Origin: Lama guanicoe | Lineage: Eukaryota | NCBI GenBank assembly: GCA_013239625.1 | Contig: MU053934.1 | Coordinates: 11,511,003 to 11,575,002, forward strand | Length of the DNA: 64,000 bases | Reading direction: 5' to 3' | Shown here: one piece after another, positions 38,060 to 50,976 of the stretch | Position numbering within the stretch: the first letter of the stretch is position 1 | Layout of the letters: each line of letters opens with the position of its first letter | The notes under the pieces: model-generated | Seen by the model: only the letters and a program-made list of their open reading frames with translations | Database searches by the model: none | Told to the model about the DNA's origin: nothing | Position numbers and translations under genes: made by a program

Positions 38060-38570
38060 AGAGAGCGCTCAGGGCGGAAGCGGGAGCCAGAGAGGCGCCC
38101 ACCCGCGCACGGCGCTGCATTCACCACATCTCCCGCCTGTGTCGCTGCCGCTTTGACTGGGGACTTGCCGACCAGGGAGATTCTGACCCCTGGGAGGTGC
38201 TGACGATTCAGATTGCAAACTCCCCTCCCGTGAGCCCAGCTTCCTGGTGCAAACTGACCAACCCGGAGCCCACATCCCCCTTTCACCCACCACCTCCTTC
38301 TCTGGCCCCTGCACCCCGGGGGGTGTCCAACACCATAGCCCCTCCCCACCCCTGCAACTTGCTGAAATCTCTCAGGCTAGCGGGTCCCAAACCCGCTTAG
38401 CCTCTTACTCTCCTGCCTGGCCCGTCCCTTCCTGTGGAGCCCAGGGGCCTCCCAGGGCTGCCCGCTCTGCCTGTGGCCGGCCCTGCGTGTCCCCCGTGGG
38501 CCCTGCGGCGCGGCTGCCCCAACCCTGGGACCTGTGGGAAGGGAATCACCTCAGCAGCGCTTGTCTCCTG
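38060..38570 (+). mobile_element. Old ERVL-type LTR (MER74/MER54-group-like)
   Basis: tgcaaactgaccaacccggagcccacatcccc...ccacctcc and gctgaaatctctcaggctagc...cctgcctggcccgtcccttcctgtgga; family recalled from memory, boundaries approximate. Confidence 0.45.
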
Positions 38571-41500
38571 GTTCACTGACCTGGAGGAACGAGTGGTAAT
38601 TAACCGACACTAGAACCGGCGAGCAGAGGGCTCTCTGTGCAGCGCTGGGGCGGGACGTCGGGTTGGGGAGGACAGGGAGGCTAGGGGTCAGAGGAAACCC
38701 TGGGCCTTTCGTGGGAAAGGGAGCGCTCGTGTACGTAGACCCTCCACCCTTAGAGGGGGGCAGCTGTGATCAGAGATGAGTCTGGACACCTTTTCCAGCC
38801 CAGGTTCAGGGACCCTTCACCGTGGAGGTGGCCTGTTCATGGGCCTCAGGCTGGCCAGGGGTCGGGGGGTGGGGTCCCACCCGAGATGGAGGCCGTTGCA
38901 CTCTGTCCCTCACAGGTGGGCGGGGTCCACTTGGGGCAACGCCAGCGTCTCTTCTGACTCCCCGTTATTAAACTGGGGGACTTCCCAGGGGAACGGGAGA
39001 AGCGAGAAACATTTGGCGAAAGTCAGGATTGGCAAAGGCATCCTGGAGCCCGTCTGTGTTGATACAAAAAGTGGCAACACAGTGTTGAGTTGTTCCACCC
39101 GTAGAACCGAATTAAGAGACGGGGGGCTCCCCTGCAGATCGGGGCACAGGCTCTGCGCACCGGCGGGCAGGACGCCTGTGGAGCCCCTGCTGGTGGCTCA
39201 CTGGAGACAAACCAGCCACCCTCAGCAAAGACGGGGCCGAAGGAGTCTAACTATGATGCCTTCCATGTAAGGATAGCTAAGCTCATATTTCAGTAAAAGA
39301 GAGAGAGACATACATTGTCTGGCACAGAGGAGCCTCAAGACACCTCCCGGGGAGAAAGCCCCTTACAGAGCCCAGCTGAGGGCGGCCGGCCGCCAGATGA
39401 CGGCAGGAGACCTGGTGGGCGCGTCATGTGGTGTACGCGTGCGTATGCGTGTGCTCGTGTCTCTGCCGTGTGTACAGTGTGCGCGCACGCGTCTTTGCAT
39501 GTATACACGTGCACACACGCGCGCACACACACAGGGAGTCCCGCTGAGGGGCTGGGGACCTTCGGGCCGATCCCGTCTGAGATGTGAACTCCGGGATCAG
39601 GACGAGTGAAGCCGGGGCGGAGTTGGGGGGTGTCGTGTGGATCTGTACCTGCTTGGGACCTGTTTAAAAGCTTCACGTATCACTTTGTGCAGTAATGTAT
39701 GTTTTTTAACATCAGAAAAAAGACAGCAGACACACAAAGCACCCCAGGCACAGCCGGGCAGCTCAGGGCCCCCAGGCCGGGCCCCAGGCGGGAGAGGACC
39801 AGACGCCCTCTAGGCACCCCCACCCGCTCCTTGTCCAGCGCTGCCTGTCTGCAGCCCACGCTGCCTCCTCGTCGCAGAGGAGCGGAGGGCCCCATCTGAC
39901 AGGGAGACTGCGTCCTGCAGGCAGGTGGAGGCGGCCGCAGGCATTGAAGGCCCCTCCCTCCTGCCCCTTCTGAGGGCCGAGCAGAGAGTCAGCCCTGCCA
40001 GAAGGTGCCCATCCCTGGGGCTGTTTCCAGCAGGAACTCCCGAGTGCTGGGAGCAGTACCTGAAGCCCCCGACAGACCTCTTAGCACCTCCTGTGGCCTC
40101 GGGGACCGGGGACAGGGTGGCCCCAGGAGCTCGTCAGTTGGGCAAGTCTTGGCTCGGAGGCGCCTTCCCGTGAGGCTTTCTCACCATCTGTTTAGGACGC
40201 GCCCCCTCCTTCCCTTTTGGGTCCCCTCCTCGAGCCTCCCTCCCCACTACATTCCAGTACATCCAGAGCCAAACCGAAGATGCGCAGCCATGCCCCAGCC
40301 TCTGCGGGCAGAGCGCGTGCGTGAGCGGACAGACGCCTGACCTTCTCTGGGCAAGTTACCCGCGTGGACGTTCCCGAGGGCTCAGAGGTGGAGGGGGCCG
40401 CGCAGGGTCCCTGCACGAGGCCTGGTGATGGAGCAGAGGGTGGTCCAGGAGAGGAGTGTCTGCATGACGGGCGGGGTCCGACGGCTGAGGCAGGGAGAAG
40501 CACTTCTGGGGTTCAAGGCGCTGAAGGGTGTGATAGAATGAAAGGAGCCAGGGAAAAAGAAAGGCAGAGACCCCAAAAGCGCCTCGTGGCAAAGGCAACG
40601 TGCTCCTGGCAGGCTCCTTGGCTCTGGGCCTGGAAATCTGCATATTCGTAAGTGGTGCTGGCACAGGAACCGTGTTCCGACTTTTAGAACCGCCTGAAAA
40701 CTTAATAACACGGGATGGAAGGTAAGGCAGGCCGACAGCGGCCGGGGGCCGGGCCAAATCGGGGGGGGGGAGGCTCTCCCAGCAGGCAGAGGGCCACTCA
40801 GAGGGTCACCCAGAGTCAAGGAAACAGAAACCAAAGGTGACAGCTGCAGGTGCTGGGAACAGCAGCTTGACCAGCGTCACAGAGAGGGAGGCCTAAGGGA
40901 TCTGCATCATCTGACGGCAGGAAGCCAGCGCTCAGCGTCGGAAGCTGCTAAGTGAAGTCAGCAGCACAAACCCGCCACCTAGACGGACGGCAGGGGCCCC
41001 GAGGGGGACCGAGAGTTTGGAACGGAATTAGGGTTCACTTTGAGGAGCGGGTCTGGGGTGGATCGGCCCACTTGAGATTCTAAAATAATTATAAATACAT
41101 TCTTTTGATAAAAATGAAAGATGTATTGAATAAGAACAGATACGGTTCTCTGAAAAGTGCCGTCTGTGTGACGCAAGGGCAACGGAGGAATGCGGGCTAT
41201 AACCCAGCCCCGCTGGGCACACCCCGGCTCGTCTGCAAGTCGCAGGGACTCTGGGTCCGCGGGCCCTCCCGCCGCCCCGCAGGGCGCCCTTTCTCAGCGC
41301 GGGTCCTGGCCGCGGCCCGCCCAGCCCACCCAGCCTGCCCGGGGCAACCGCGGCCTCCCTGCAGGGCTGCACCGGGCTGTTCCTCTGGAAGCACAAGGCG
41401 GCTCTGGGCGTGGAGGCGTGCCCAGGCGCGGCGCTGGCTGGCTTTTCCGAATATACAGGCGGTTCCAGGGCCCTTGGGGGATCTGACATCAAGGGTGGGG

Positions 41501-44134
41501 CCCTGAAGGGCTGGGCTCTTCTCCCCTCAGTTCTCTTTGAATTATATTCGCGGCTTTAACATCTGTAATCTGGACACTCCTTCCTGCCCCGCTCCAGACT
41601 CTTCTCCGATCTAGACGCGAATGTGCGTGGCCAGCAGGAGTGGCCCCCGCCGACCCCGTGTCCCAGTTTGCTCCTTCACGGGATCAGCGCCTCCTCCCCC
41701 TGGCTCCCAAGCCCGTCACATCACAAAACACGCCTCCCAGCCCCGGTTTCTTCCAGCTTCACCCATGGGGCCCCCTGTGTCTCCGTGGAGACTGGTGCCT
41801 CCCCAGCTTGCCCCTCCCCCTCCGCTGTGGCCCGTCCTCACGGCTGCAGCCTCGGAGACCATTAAAGGTGTCAGGCCAGATGTGTCACCCTACTTGCAGG
41901 CACCCAGGTGAGTCCCCAGGGCAGGCCCTACGGCCTCGGTCTTGCGCCCGGCCTCTGCAAGCTCTCCGCGCCCTGTGACTCGGCCCTGCTGGGCGTGGGT
42001 CAGCAGGCCCGGGAGCCAGTGCCCTCCTGCCTCCGTGCAGAGGAGGCGCTTCCCGCCTGAGCTCGGGCCCTGCAGGGAGTGGCCCTGGTGTCACTGAGCA
42101 GCGTCTGCGTCGGCTGCCATCGGAGCGCCTGGTTCTCCGCGCCGTTTGCTCGTCAGCACCTCTGAGCAGCAGTGGGGCTCGCTCGCTGCCCCCCAGCCAG
42201 GACGTGAGCCCGTGTCCTCTGCTCTGTCCCAGCCGACGTGTGCCCGCCCTCGCTGTCACCACGGTGTTTGTCAATCCGGGTGAACCAATGAAGGAGTGAA
42301 CGTGCCAGCCTGGCCATCTTGGGGGCCCCCTCATCACCTGGGGACGTTTCAGAGCCGGAGGGGTGGGTGGCAGCCCTTCTGATTCTCCCGGGGCCTCAAG
42401 CCTCCATCGGCACCCACCCCCCCCGAGGCAGCTCAGAGGAACTGCGGCGGGTGGGTGCCCCCGGCCTCGGCCCCCGGGCACTGTTCCCCATGAGTGTGCG
42501 CACAACTCCTACGGGCGGCGGCTGAGAGCAGCCGTCCCTGGAAACCAAGGTCCCAGGCTCGTGGGTGAGAAGTCCCAGGCCAGGCGCCCGCAGTCTGACT
42601 CCTCCCTCGGGGCCTCGGGGGACCCGGGGCTCAGGTCCTCTCTGACGCACGCCGGCCCGGCTCCCACGGCGCGCGCCCACCTGCCGAGCCCAGCCCGGTC
42701 CCGCCAGGTCGGCTGTCTTTCTGTGCCACACGAGTGGCAGAGGATCTTTCTGCCGAGTGGTTTCTGGTCTGCTGCTGATGGACCGGCTCTTTCCCGACGG
42801 AGCTCCCGCACCCTCAGGTTTCCTGTCTGTCCCCCCCGGCCTCTTCTTCAAGGAGTATATGAATTGTAAATAAATGTTTGCATGCACAGGGTAGCTGCCG
42901 CTGGCAGGAAGCCTGTGTGTGTCCTCCTTGCGAATATAGATTTTCCCACTCCTGTGCAAGATGAATCATGTCCCCTAAATGCATCTGCTTTGTAAACCCA
43001 GATCTCCACACACCACGTTCCCCGGGAACACAGCTTCCAGATAGGGAGACGCTCCTGAGTCCTCCTTGAGGATCATGTTCTGAGAAGGAAACACATCTTC
43101 CGCAGACCCAGGACGGCTTAGGGCAGCTCAGCCAAGGGCTTCTCGGGCCCGACCTGCGCTGCCCCGGACACGGGCCCCGAAGGAAGCCTGTATGAGGAGC
43201 ACGGCGCACCTCGGCTGGGCCCAGCGGCGCCACACCCTCATCGTCACCGCCTGTTCATTTCTGAGATCTGACCCTCATGTGCGACCCGGGAGTCCCGCCC
43301 AGCAGACGCTGCGTGACCTCAGACCTGTCGCCTTGTTGCATGGAAGCCCTACAATGTCCCGGCTCTACCAGGAGCTGGGGACACACACGGGCCCACGTCT
43401 CTGCTGCTGGGACTCCAGGCTGCCCTGAGGCACACGGGGTGAGACGGTGGCTGCACCAACTCCCCGTCAGGCGGCAGTGAGGGAGGGAGGGGCCCAGGAA
43501 CCCCACCCAGCTGCCCGACAGCCAAAGTCAACCTCAACGTGAACTTGGGGGCCACTGGCGCCCGGGACTTCGCTTCCCCACCTGTGAACAGAAGGTCTTC
43601 ATGAGACTGACAACCAAGGGCGTTTGGGACAGCCACTCTCTCCCTAAGTTACTCCTGTCTCTCTCGATGCTGTGCGAGCTGGAAACAGGCTTTTGGTAAA
43701 TGTGACCCTGAGCAGAACTCCAGCTTGGAGCCCAGACAGTGGTCCAGAGGCTCAGGCCTCGGGAGAGGGGGTCCCACATTGGACCTCGCATCCCACGCCC
43801 CATGTTCCGAGCCAGCGCATCATGGCCCCACCACACCTGCCAGGTCTGATGCTCTGGGTTTAAGGATCCTTCATGGTCACACCTCACATTGCAGGCAGGT
43901 AAGGCCAGGGGATGCGGGGAGCTGCCTGCTCAGGATGACACAACTGGCCTCCTCCGAAGGCGACCGTGTGGACGAGCTCAGAGCCACACGTCAGCCCAGC
44001 TGACACTGGGAAACTCTCATTGGAAGCATCCACTTCACAGGAGACACACAGGGCAGGCGGAGCTGCCCACTGCGTCCCTGTGACAGATGGGGCCCCTGGG
44101 AAGAAAGCTCGCATCCCCACACCCCCCGCAGGGC

Positions 44135-44470
44135 CTGCGTGGTAATTAATAGCCAGCCGAGGGAACTTGATTGCTGCTCCTGGGTCTAAAAATGGATAAA
44201 CAACCATTACTGCCAGAGAGGTCCAGACCGCATTCATCACCATTACAGAGCGAAATTCCGCCCGTGCTTCTTAATCCATCACCGCGCTCGCCGGGGCTCC
44301 GGCCCCCTGGTCCCCGGGAGTGGACGGCAGTCGCCGGTGTGGGCCCGAGGCCAGGTGTGATGGATGGCAGCCGCGGGCTCCAATCTGGAGAGGGTTGTCA
44401 GGGAGAGGACGGCTGCGCACGGCCTCCATCCCCGAAAGAAAATTTGCACATTGTGTAAACATCAGGAGCC
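44135..44470. promoter_or_regulatory. Candidate conserved element
   Basis: ggtaattaatag, ttgattg, ataaacaa, ccattac twice, taatcc, cattgtgtaaaca. Confidence 0.35.
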
Positions 44471-46689
44471 GCCGCAGAGCATTCTGGGCTCAGACGGAAG
44501 GGGGAGCCCTGGGACGGAGAGTGAAACCCAGCCCAGGCTCACTTGCCCGCTTTGTGACTGGAGGCAGGGCCGCGTGGAGACGCGCCTGCCGGCAGGTGCC
44601 AGGCACTCCTAGCACTGTCGCCTAGTGCCGGGACACGCCAGGCGCTCCTGTCACCGGCGCCCGGCTCCGGGACGTGTGCTGGTTTCAGTGCTGATCATCA
44701 CCAGCCTGTGCTCTTCCCTGTGCGTCCACGGACGAAGGCGCATCTTCACACTGTGTGACATCGATCATCTCACTGGAGGCAGAACTCGCGGGAGGACAGG
44801 GAGGAAGGCGAGGGAGGCCAAGGGGTGAAATACGCCGTCAGAGCCAGGAAGGCAGATTCAGGAGCCCTGGCGGGGACGGACGTGGCTAATCACCCCCCAG
44901 GTCTCTCCACCCAGCGGCATTTGTGCCACTGAAGCCACGCCTCATCCCCGCACCACCCCGAGAGCGGAGGGCCCGGCTCGTCTGCCTGGGGAAGGAGGGC
45001 CCCTGCTCCGGCCCCCAAGACAGGCCCAGCAGGCTGTCCCCCGTGACACCCCGACAGGCCCTCTCCAGCCACCGTGCTGCCCCTCAGCGTGCTCCCTGGA
45101 CCAGCACCGTCGTCCCAGCCAAGGTCGCCAGCCCCTCCAAACCCCAGAACAGGTGGGCACCACCCTAGCTCAAGGTCCGCTCAGACAGCGGCGCCCACGC
45201 CCGGGTCTCCCTGCAGTCTCCTTGGGGCGCCGGCCGGCTTGTCGGGGGGCTGGTCAGACACGAGGCACCCCCGGCCCACCCCGGTCCTGTGCACAAAGTC
45301 CCAGGGAGTCTGGAGGGCCCCAGGGGTGGGTGGGCTCCTGTTCAGGGCCGAGCCAGCATCATCCCAGCTGGTCACTCGGTGAACCTCCTCCAGGTGTGGT
45401 CCTGCCTTCTCCCCTCGGATGTGGAGGAAGCTGGAGCCTTCTGTCGGCCTCCGCCAGACGCCTGCAGAACACGCACAGAATCGTGCTCCCTCAGCTGTGA
45501 CTACGAGACCCCGGGAGGCCGCCTGCATCCTCCGAACCCCAGCGTCCTCGTCTGAACATCAGGAGTGGGCACCACCTCGTGGGTTGCAGAGAGGATGGAG
45601 CCGTGACCACAGAGGCCAGTGCGTGGGAGGAGCTGATGGAGATAAAGACGGTTGAGAAGCCCCTGGCTCTACCCTCTGAGCAAATCACAGGTGGAGGAGG
45701 TGCGGCTAAGACTCGTGGGAGACGAGAGTGAGCAGGACCAGATCTCAGGGGAAAGGCGTGCAGAAGGACTTGGGGGGGTGCAGGGGCGGCAGGCCCTGGC
45801 TTGAAGGAAGCTGGCAGATCTGCGGTGCAGGAGCGGTGCCTGGGGAGGGCCCCGTGCCTAATGTGCAGCCAGAGCCCGGGTGCAGCCGGCTGGACTCCCA
45901 GGCCCCACGATGGTGCGAGGCTCCATCTCACACGAGCCCGCCTGCTGGTGCCCGCTCCCTCCTCTCACCCCAAGTGTCCTCCAAGGAAAAGACACCAGCC
46001 ACCTCCCTCTGATGCCCCCACCCGCTAAGTCCCGTGGTCGCTATAAGTCATAAGATACGGTCTCAGCCCTGTGCAGAGTGTCCGCTCTCCCATGACTTTG
46101 TCCCCGCACCCTGGGGAGGGGGCTGGCTTCTCCTGTCTCCTGCCCCTCCCTTGGCCGCCGCTGGGGCCCCCGTGGCGAGGGAGGAGAGGACACAGGCCAG
46201 TGAGGCTCCTGCCGTGCACCTGACTGCCCCGTGTCCAGTGGGGTTTGAAGGCGACCCCTGGAGGGCAGTGGCCCCAGCACAGTGCCCCTCCCCATAGAAG
46301 CCCCCTTTCCTTCCTCCGTCTCTGCTCCAGAGGCTACACCCCCACCTCAGGCAGGGCATGAGGAACTGTCCGCCGCTGCCTTCCTCTGGTGCCCGACGTG
46401 TGCAGGCCAAGCAGAGCTGGGACCTGCCGCACCCCCACGTCCCCCTGTGGCCAGGAGAGCCTGGACAGTCGGGAAGAGGCCTGTGCTCAGCTCGCTCCCA
46501 GCTGCCTCCCTGCCTTCCGCACGCTGCCTGATGGGGTCCCATCGGCCTCGGCCAGGCTGCGTCAGGGGTGGTGGGGCTTGCAGAGAAAGAGTCCACGTGC
46601 CAGGGGCGGGACGGGGCCAGGGCAGGGGCAGAGCAGAGGTGGAAGTGGTCCGGGCTCGGGGGAAGGGCAGCGGGGCGGGCTGGGGTAGT

Positions 46690-47097
46690 CCCCTAAACCT
46701 GTGTCCACCCAAACCTGTGAACGTGGCGTTCTCTGGGAAAAGGGTCTTTGCAGGTGGGGCAGAGGAGGAGCCTGGAGGTGAGCCTCCCCTGGGTTACCTG
46801 GTGGGGCCTAAATCTAATGGCAAGCGTCCTTGTGGGAAAAGGCACGGGAGAGAAGCCACGTGTGGATGGCGGCAGAGATCGGGCCGATGTGTCCACAGGC
46901 AAGGTCTCCTGGTGTCTCCAGTGACACCAGGAGCCGGGAGAGAGGCCCAGAAGGACCTCCCAGAGCCCTGGGGGCAGCCGGTCCGCAGCACCTCAGCTGC
47001 GGACTTCTGGCCTCCAGACTGTGAGGGGAGCACGTTCTGTTGTTTCGGAACCCGGGATTTGTGGTCGTCTGCTGCTGCAGTCACGGGAAGCTCATGT
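46690..47097 (+). mobile_element. MaLR LTR (MLT1B/C-like)
   Basis: aacctgtgaacgtggcgttctctgggaaaagggtctttgcag, gggcctaaatctaatggcaag, ggacttctggcctccagactgtgag...ttctgttgttt. Confidence 0.85.
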
Positions 47098-48769
47098 GGG
47101 AAGGGTGCCCTCCCCTGGGATTTGGTGGTGGGAGGGCCACCAAGGCGGGGGTGGGGGAGAGCAGAGAGGACGGGTAAGACGTTGCCAAGGGGCAGAATCC
47201 ACCCCGTTGGCCCCTGGGGCCCGAGCCCCTGGTTGGAGTCAGATGCACAGCTGAAACAGCTGGCGGTGAGACTCAGGAGAGAGCCTGCCGACCTGAGCCC
47301 TGTCTCCTGGCCTGTAAATGGGGGCCCCCCTGCCTGGGGGGTGGGGGCTGCGTCTGGCGCCTGGAATCTGACCACCTTGTGTCCTGCCCCTCAGCCTGTC
47401 CATCCTCCTCTGCCGTGCCCCTCCTCCCCTGCAGCCCCCAGGGAGACCGCCCTCCCCAGCGAGCTAGACTCGGGGGCTTCACGGGAAGACAAGGGTGCCT
47501 CTCCGTCTCCTCAGGCTCCGTCTCTGCCGCGCGTCGGTCGAAGGGAGAGACAGTTCAGGGTCTGCGTAGCCCGCAGCTCCCTCTCCAGTGGGCGCACAGC
47601 TTTGGAGCAGAATGCCTCCTCCAGTCGTGAAGTCACAGAAGGTGTGGAAAGTGCATTTTGACGGCTTTTGAGCGGAGAGAAAACAAGTCCACGTGACACA
47701 CAGGGGGACATCAGCGAGAAGGAATGTTCCCTGGTCACTGGGAGGAGAACGTTGTTCCCCTAACTGCGGCCTAAATGCCGTTGTGTCCCCCCCCCTCCCC
47801 CCGGGGGACGCGCCCAGTGTCTGGAGATGGTCGGGAAAGACTCTCTTGTCCCTGAGACCCCAGGGTGTCACGGTTACCACCAGTCACACCCAGACCCTCG
47901 CCCGCCAGGCCCACTGTGAAGATGCCACAGGTCCAGCCCTGGCCCCCGATGCCCCCCGTGTGAGCCTGACTCCAGGGGTGCAGCTTAGGAGAACAGGTAT
48001 GCCCTGACGACACACACTTCCAGCCCAACACGGGGCTTCAGGGGCGCCAACTGGTGGCCTCCTCAGAGCTTTCCAGACCCGACGGAGCTGCAAGGCCTCG
48101 CTTCTGGATGGAGGGCAGAGGCATGGAGGGGCCCGCCCCGCCGACGCTCCGGCCAGGCGTCACCATGGTCCTCGCGCCCACCAGGACAGTCTCAGCTCGC
48201 AGAGCACCTGTGTGGGGCCGCCCTCAAGGCCGCAGCCAGGGCTGTACAGCTCGCGGGCTCACAGCCCTGACCTCCTGACCGCGCGGCCCCTGCCTCTGCG
48301 CTGGGCAGCCGGCCTAGAGCACAGCCCGAGCTCGGGGTGGGGCGCCGGGAGCCTCCGCAGAACCCGCCGCCCGGCGTGCCCACCTGCCCGAGCCGTGGGG
48401 CGCCTGGTGGCACACGCGGCAGGTCCCCTCTCAGGATGAGCTCAATCCACTCCCCGAGAGAACATTTCTATTTTTCCTAAAAATATCCGGACACTCCATA
48501 TTCCGTTTCCTGTAGCCCACGGTACTGGGTGCCCAGAAAGATGCCGGTCAACACGAACGGAATGGGAGGAGGAAGGAGGGAGGGGAGGGGCGGGCCTCCT
48601 CCTGGGTGGGGTCCCTGGCACAGAGGGCGCACGCGGAGCCCACTGCCCCCGGCACGCGAGGGGCGGCGGGGCATCAGTCCGGCTTCTCTGCGGGGACGTG
48701 GGGCCCTGCGGGCTCGGCCTGAGTCTCGGGCCCTGGGCTCCTGTCTGCCTCTGGTACAAATCGCCCTTC

Positions 48770-49070
48770 CAGGCCTGATATTGGCATTAATTAAATATTT
48801 CAATATTTGTATCTGAGAAAGAGCGCTGCAGCCCACCGCAGCCATCTCTGATTCGATTACCCAAGAAGGCTTCATGGCGACCCCTATAAGTGAATACATT
48901 TTCAACATTTTTTTTTCCTGTTGAAGGTAATTTTCATGGCTGGTTTAACTTGCAAGGATGATAGAAAATATTAATAAAACATTTGATGTCTAAGTCGGGG
49001 TGGAAGGTTAATAAATTAGACGTCATATTTCACTTCTGCTCACATGACGGTAATTGTTTTAAAAGGGGTT
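48770..49070. promoter_or_regulatory. Candidate conserved enhancer
   Basis: ATTAATTAA 48786-48794, tattaataaaa, gttaataaattag, ggtaattg; unique AT-rich island. Confidence 0.5.
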
Positions 49071-49249
49071 AGTGAAGAAGGAGGAAGCTTCTGGTGAAGT
49101 TTTGGAGTCATTGAAGGTCTGGAGGACCAGAGCCACCCTCGCCCACCCCTTTCACAGCTGGCGCTGCCGTGCGGGGTCCCAGAGGGAGGCAGACCACCAG
49201 CGGCCTCGGGAAGGAGGGCGGTCTTGTATGAGGTGGCCGCGAGCACCAG

Positions 49250-49345
49250 CACCTCACCTGGACGGGGAAACTGAGGTTCCGCCAGGTAAGTGGCACGTTG
49301 GGTCCCCAAGCTGGGTCAGTGACAAAGCCAGGATCCTCCCATCTC
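49250..49345 (-). mobile_element. MIR core fragment
   Basis: ggacggggaaactgaggtt...ggtaagtggc...gtcagtgacaaagccaggat. Confidence 0.6.
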
Positions 49346-49849
49346 ACCTGTGACCTTTCCAAACGCCCCGTCAGGGCGCAGCTGGGGGGATTCAGCAGGA
49401 GGCTGCGCTGTGTGTGGCCGGCGGGGATGCCCGGAGCCTGTCTGCCTCGTCCAGGTGTCGCGTCCCCTCCCCACCAGCAGAGGTGGTTCCAAACCTGTCA
49501 CCCCTTCCCTGTGAGACGCTAATCTCGGAGAGCAAAGGTAATCCTGGAGAGAATCACGGGAAGCAGAGAGATGAGAAATATCTACAAAGATATGTTTTCC
49601 AAAAAGGGGCTGACTTTCTTGTGGAAGGAAGCAGTGAGGAGAGTGAAGGGATAGGATTCGGGGCTGAAGAGACAGTGATAGAGTGGGTCCAGGAGTCGGC
49701 TGGGGGCTGGGGGGGCTCCCCGGGAAGCTGGCCGGGTCTGGGTGGGGTGGATGTCCAGGCGGGGCCCCTCAGGGCACTGGGATGGGGTCCAGCAGGGAAC
49801 ATCATCAGTGAGAGGCAACCTCGGAGTGGGGATGACCTGGCACCCCCAA

Positions 49850-50015
49850 CGCATGTGCACACACTTGACTCACACATGCAGATGTGCGTGCGTGCACACA
49901 CGCGCACACACACACAGACACACAGCGCACTTGTGCAGGCATGCCACACACTCACGTGCACACAAGACACTCACCCAGTGCACACACAGACAGATGTGCA
50001 CGTACATGTATGCAC
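49850..50015. repeat. Degenerate (CA)n/RY-alternating tract
   Basis: Directly visible. Confidence 0.75.
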
Positions 50016-50404
50016 TTCACAGGCTTTTTGTGCAACAAAATTCACCCGGCCACCTGCGCCCTCAGGGGGCAGAGTCTCACAGCTGGTGATGGTGACACAA
50101 GCCAGTGCATTTTTGAACAAGGGCTCCACGTTGCCCCTTCGCCCAGGGCCCCACCTACTGTACAGTTACTCCTGCCGCCTCTGCAGGCAGATAAGCAGAA
50201 ATTTCCAGGGCTTTCCTCCCAGCAGACTGCAGGTATCCATGGGCTTCAGCGATCATCCTGGCCTGAGCCCCCACCCTCCCACCGCTGGAGGAGATCGTGG
50301 TGTGCGCACAGCTGGGACGGGCGATGGCGAGGGCAGGGGAGTGATCTTATCAGCTTCCACGCACATGGTGCTATCGTAACAGCAAGTTTGCTGCACACAG
50401 CTCT

Positions 50405-50976
50405 TGAGGTGGGAAGCCCCATGAAAAAGACCAGCAGGACCCCCAGGCAGGGCCACCACTCTCCTGCCAGCACCATCTGGTTCCCTGGCCCAGTGGCTTT
50501 ATCTCGCTTTTTGCCTCTGAAACAGCTTACTTCTAAGCAAGTGGAACTAACCCCTAAGATCCTATTGGTTCCCTGAGCTCACTCCTGATTGGCCAATTTG
50601 TAATACTTAATTTGCATGGGACTCACTCCTGATTGGTCCATTTCTATCACTCCTGATTGTCCCATTTCTACCACTCCTGACTGGTTCATTTCTATCAATC
50701 TCGATTGGTCCACTTCTACAAAGCTTGTTCCTAATGAGTCAACTTTTGTTACACCTTATTTGCATACGATGTTGCAAAGTGTAGACTGGCAGCCTATAAA
50801 GGCCTGTGTAAACCTTCAGATGTGGTCCAGAGCTTGGAGCGTTAACTCCTCTGGGCCCGCTGGTGTAATAAACTGAGTTCTCCAACTCTCCAAGTGCTGC
50901 TTGGTCTCTTGCCCGGATCCAGGTTGCTGTCACAACTGAGCTGTAACACTGAGCTGTAACACACTTTGCTGCAACA
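50405..50976 (+). mobile_element. Solo LTR, ERV1-class, copy 3 of 3, with expanded CCAAT array
   Basis: TG...CA termini, exact TSD ctct (50401-50404 / 50977-50980); four 24-bp tandem units 50623-50718; ATTTGCAT at 50610-50617 and 50758-50765; TATAAA 50795-50800; AATAAA 50867-50872. Confidence 0.95.

Noticed and set aside
20470..40655. Isolated splice-donor-like motifs (near 20502, 36252, 40648)
   Set aside because: No convincing acceptor-ORF-donor unit with recognisable coding content; small or non-coding exons cannot be excluded without RNA data.
46282..47661. Longest ORF (459 aa)
   Set aside because: Runs through an MLT1 LTR; P/G/A/R-rich composition with no domain; long stop-free frames are expected in GC-rich DNA.
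50623..50718. 24-bp direct repeats as a CRISPR-like array
   Set aside because: Units are contiguous with no spacers, lie inside an LTR U3, and the DNA is mammalian.
50744..50765. SOX-OCT composite site in LTR copy 3
   Set aside because: ttttgtt and ATTTGCAT do not have the canonical orientation and spacing.
4989..50976. LTR copies as the two ends of a provirus or as a segmental duplication
   Set aside because: Each copy has its own matched TSD, flanks are unrelated, and no ERV1 internal sequence lies between them.
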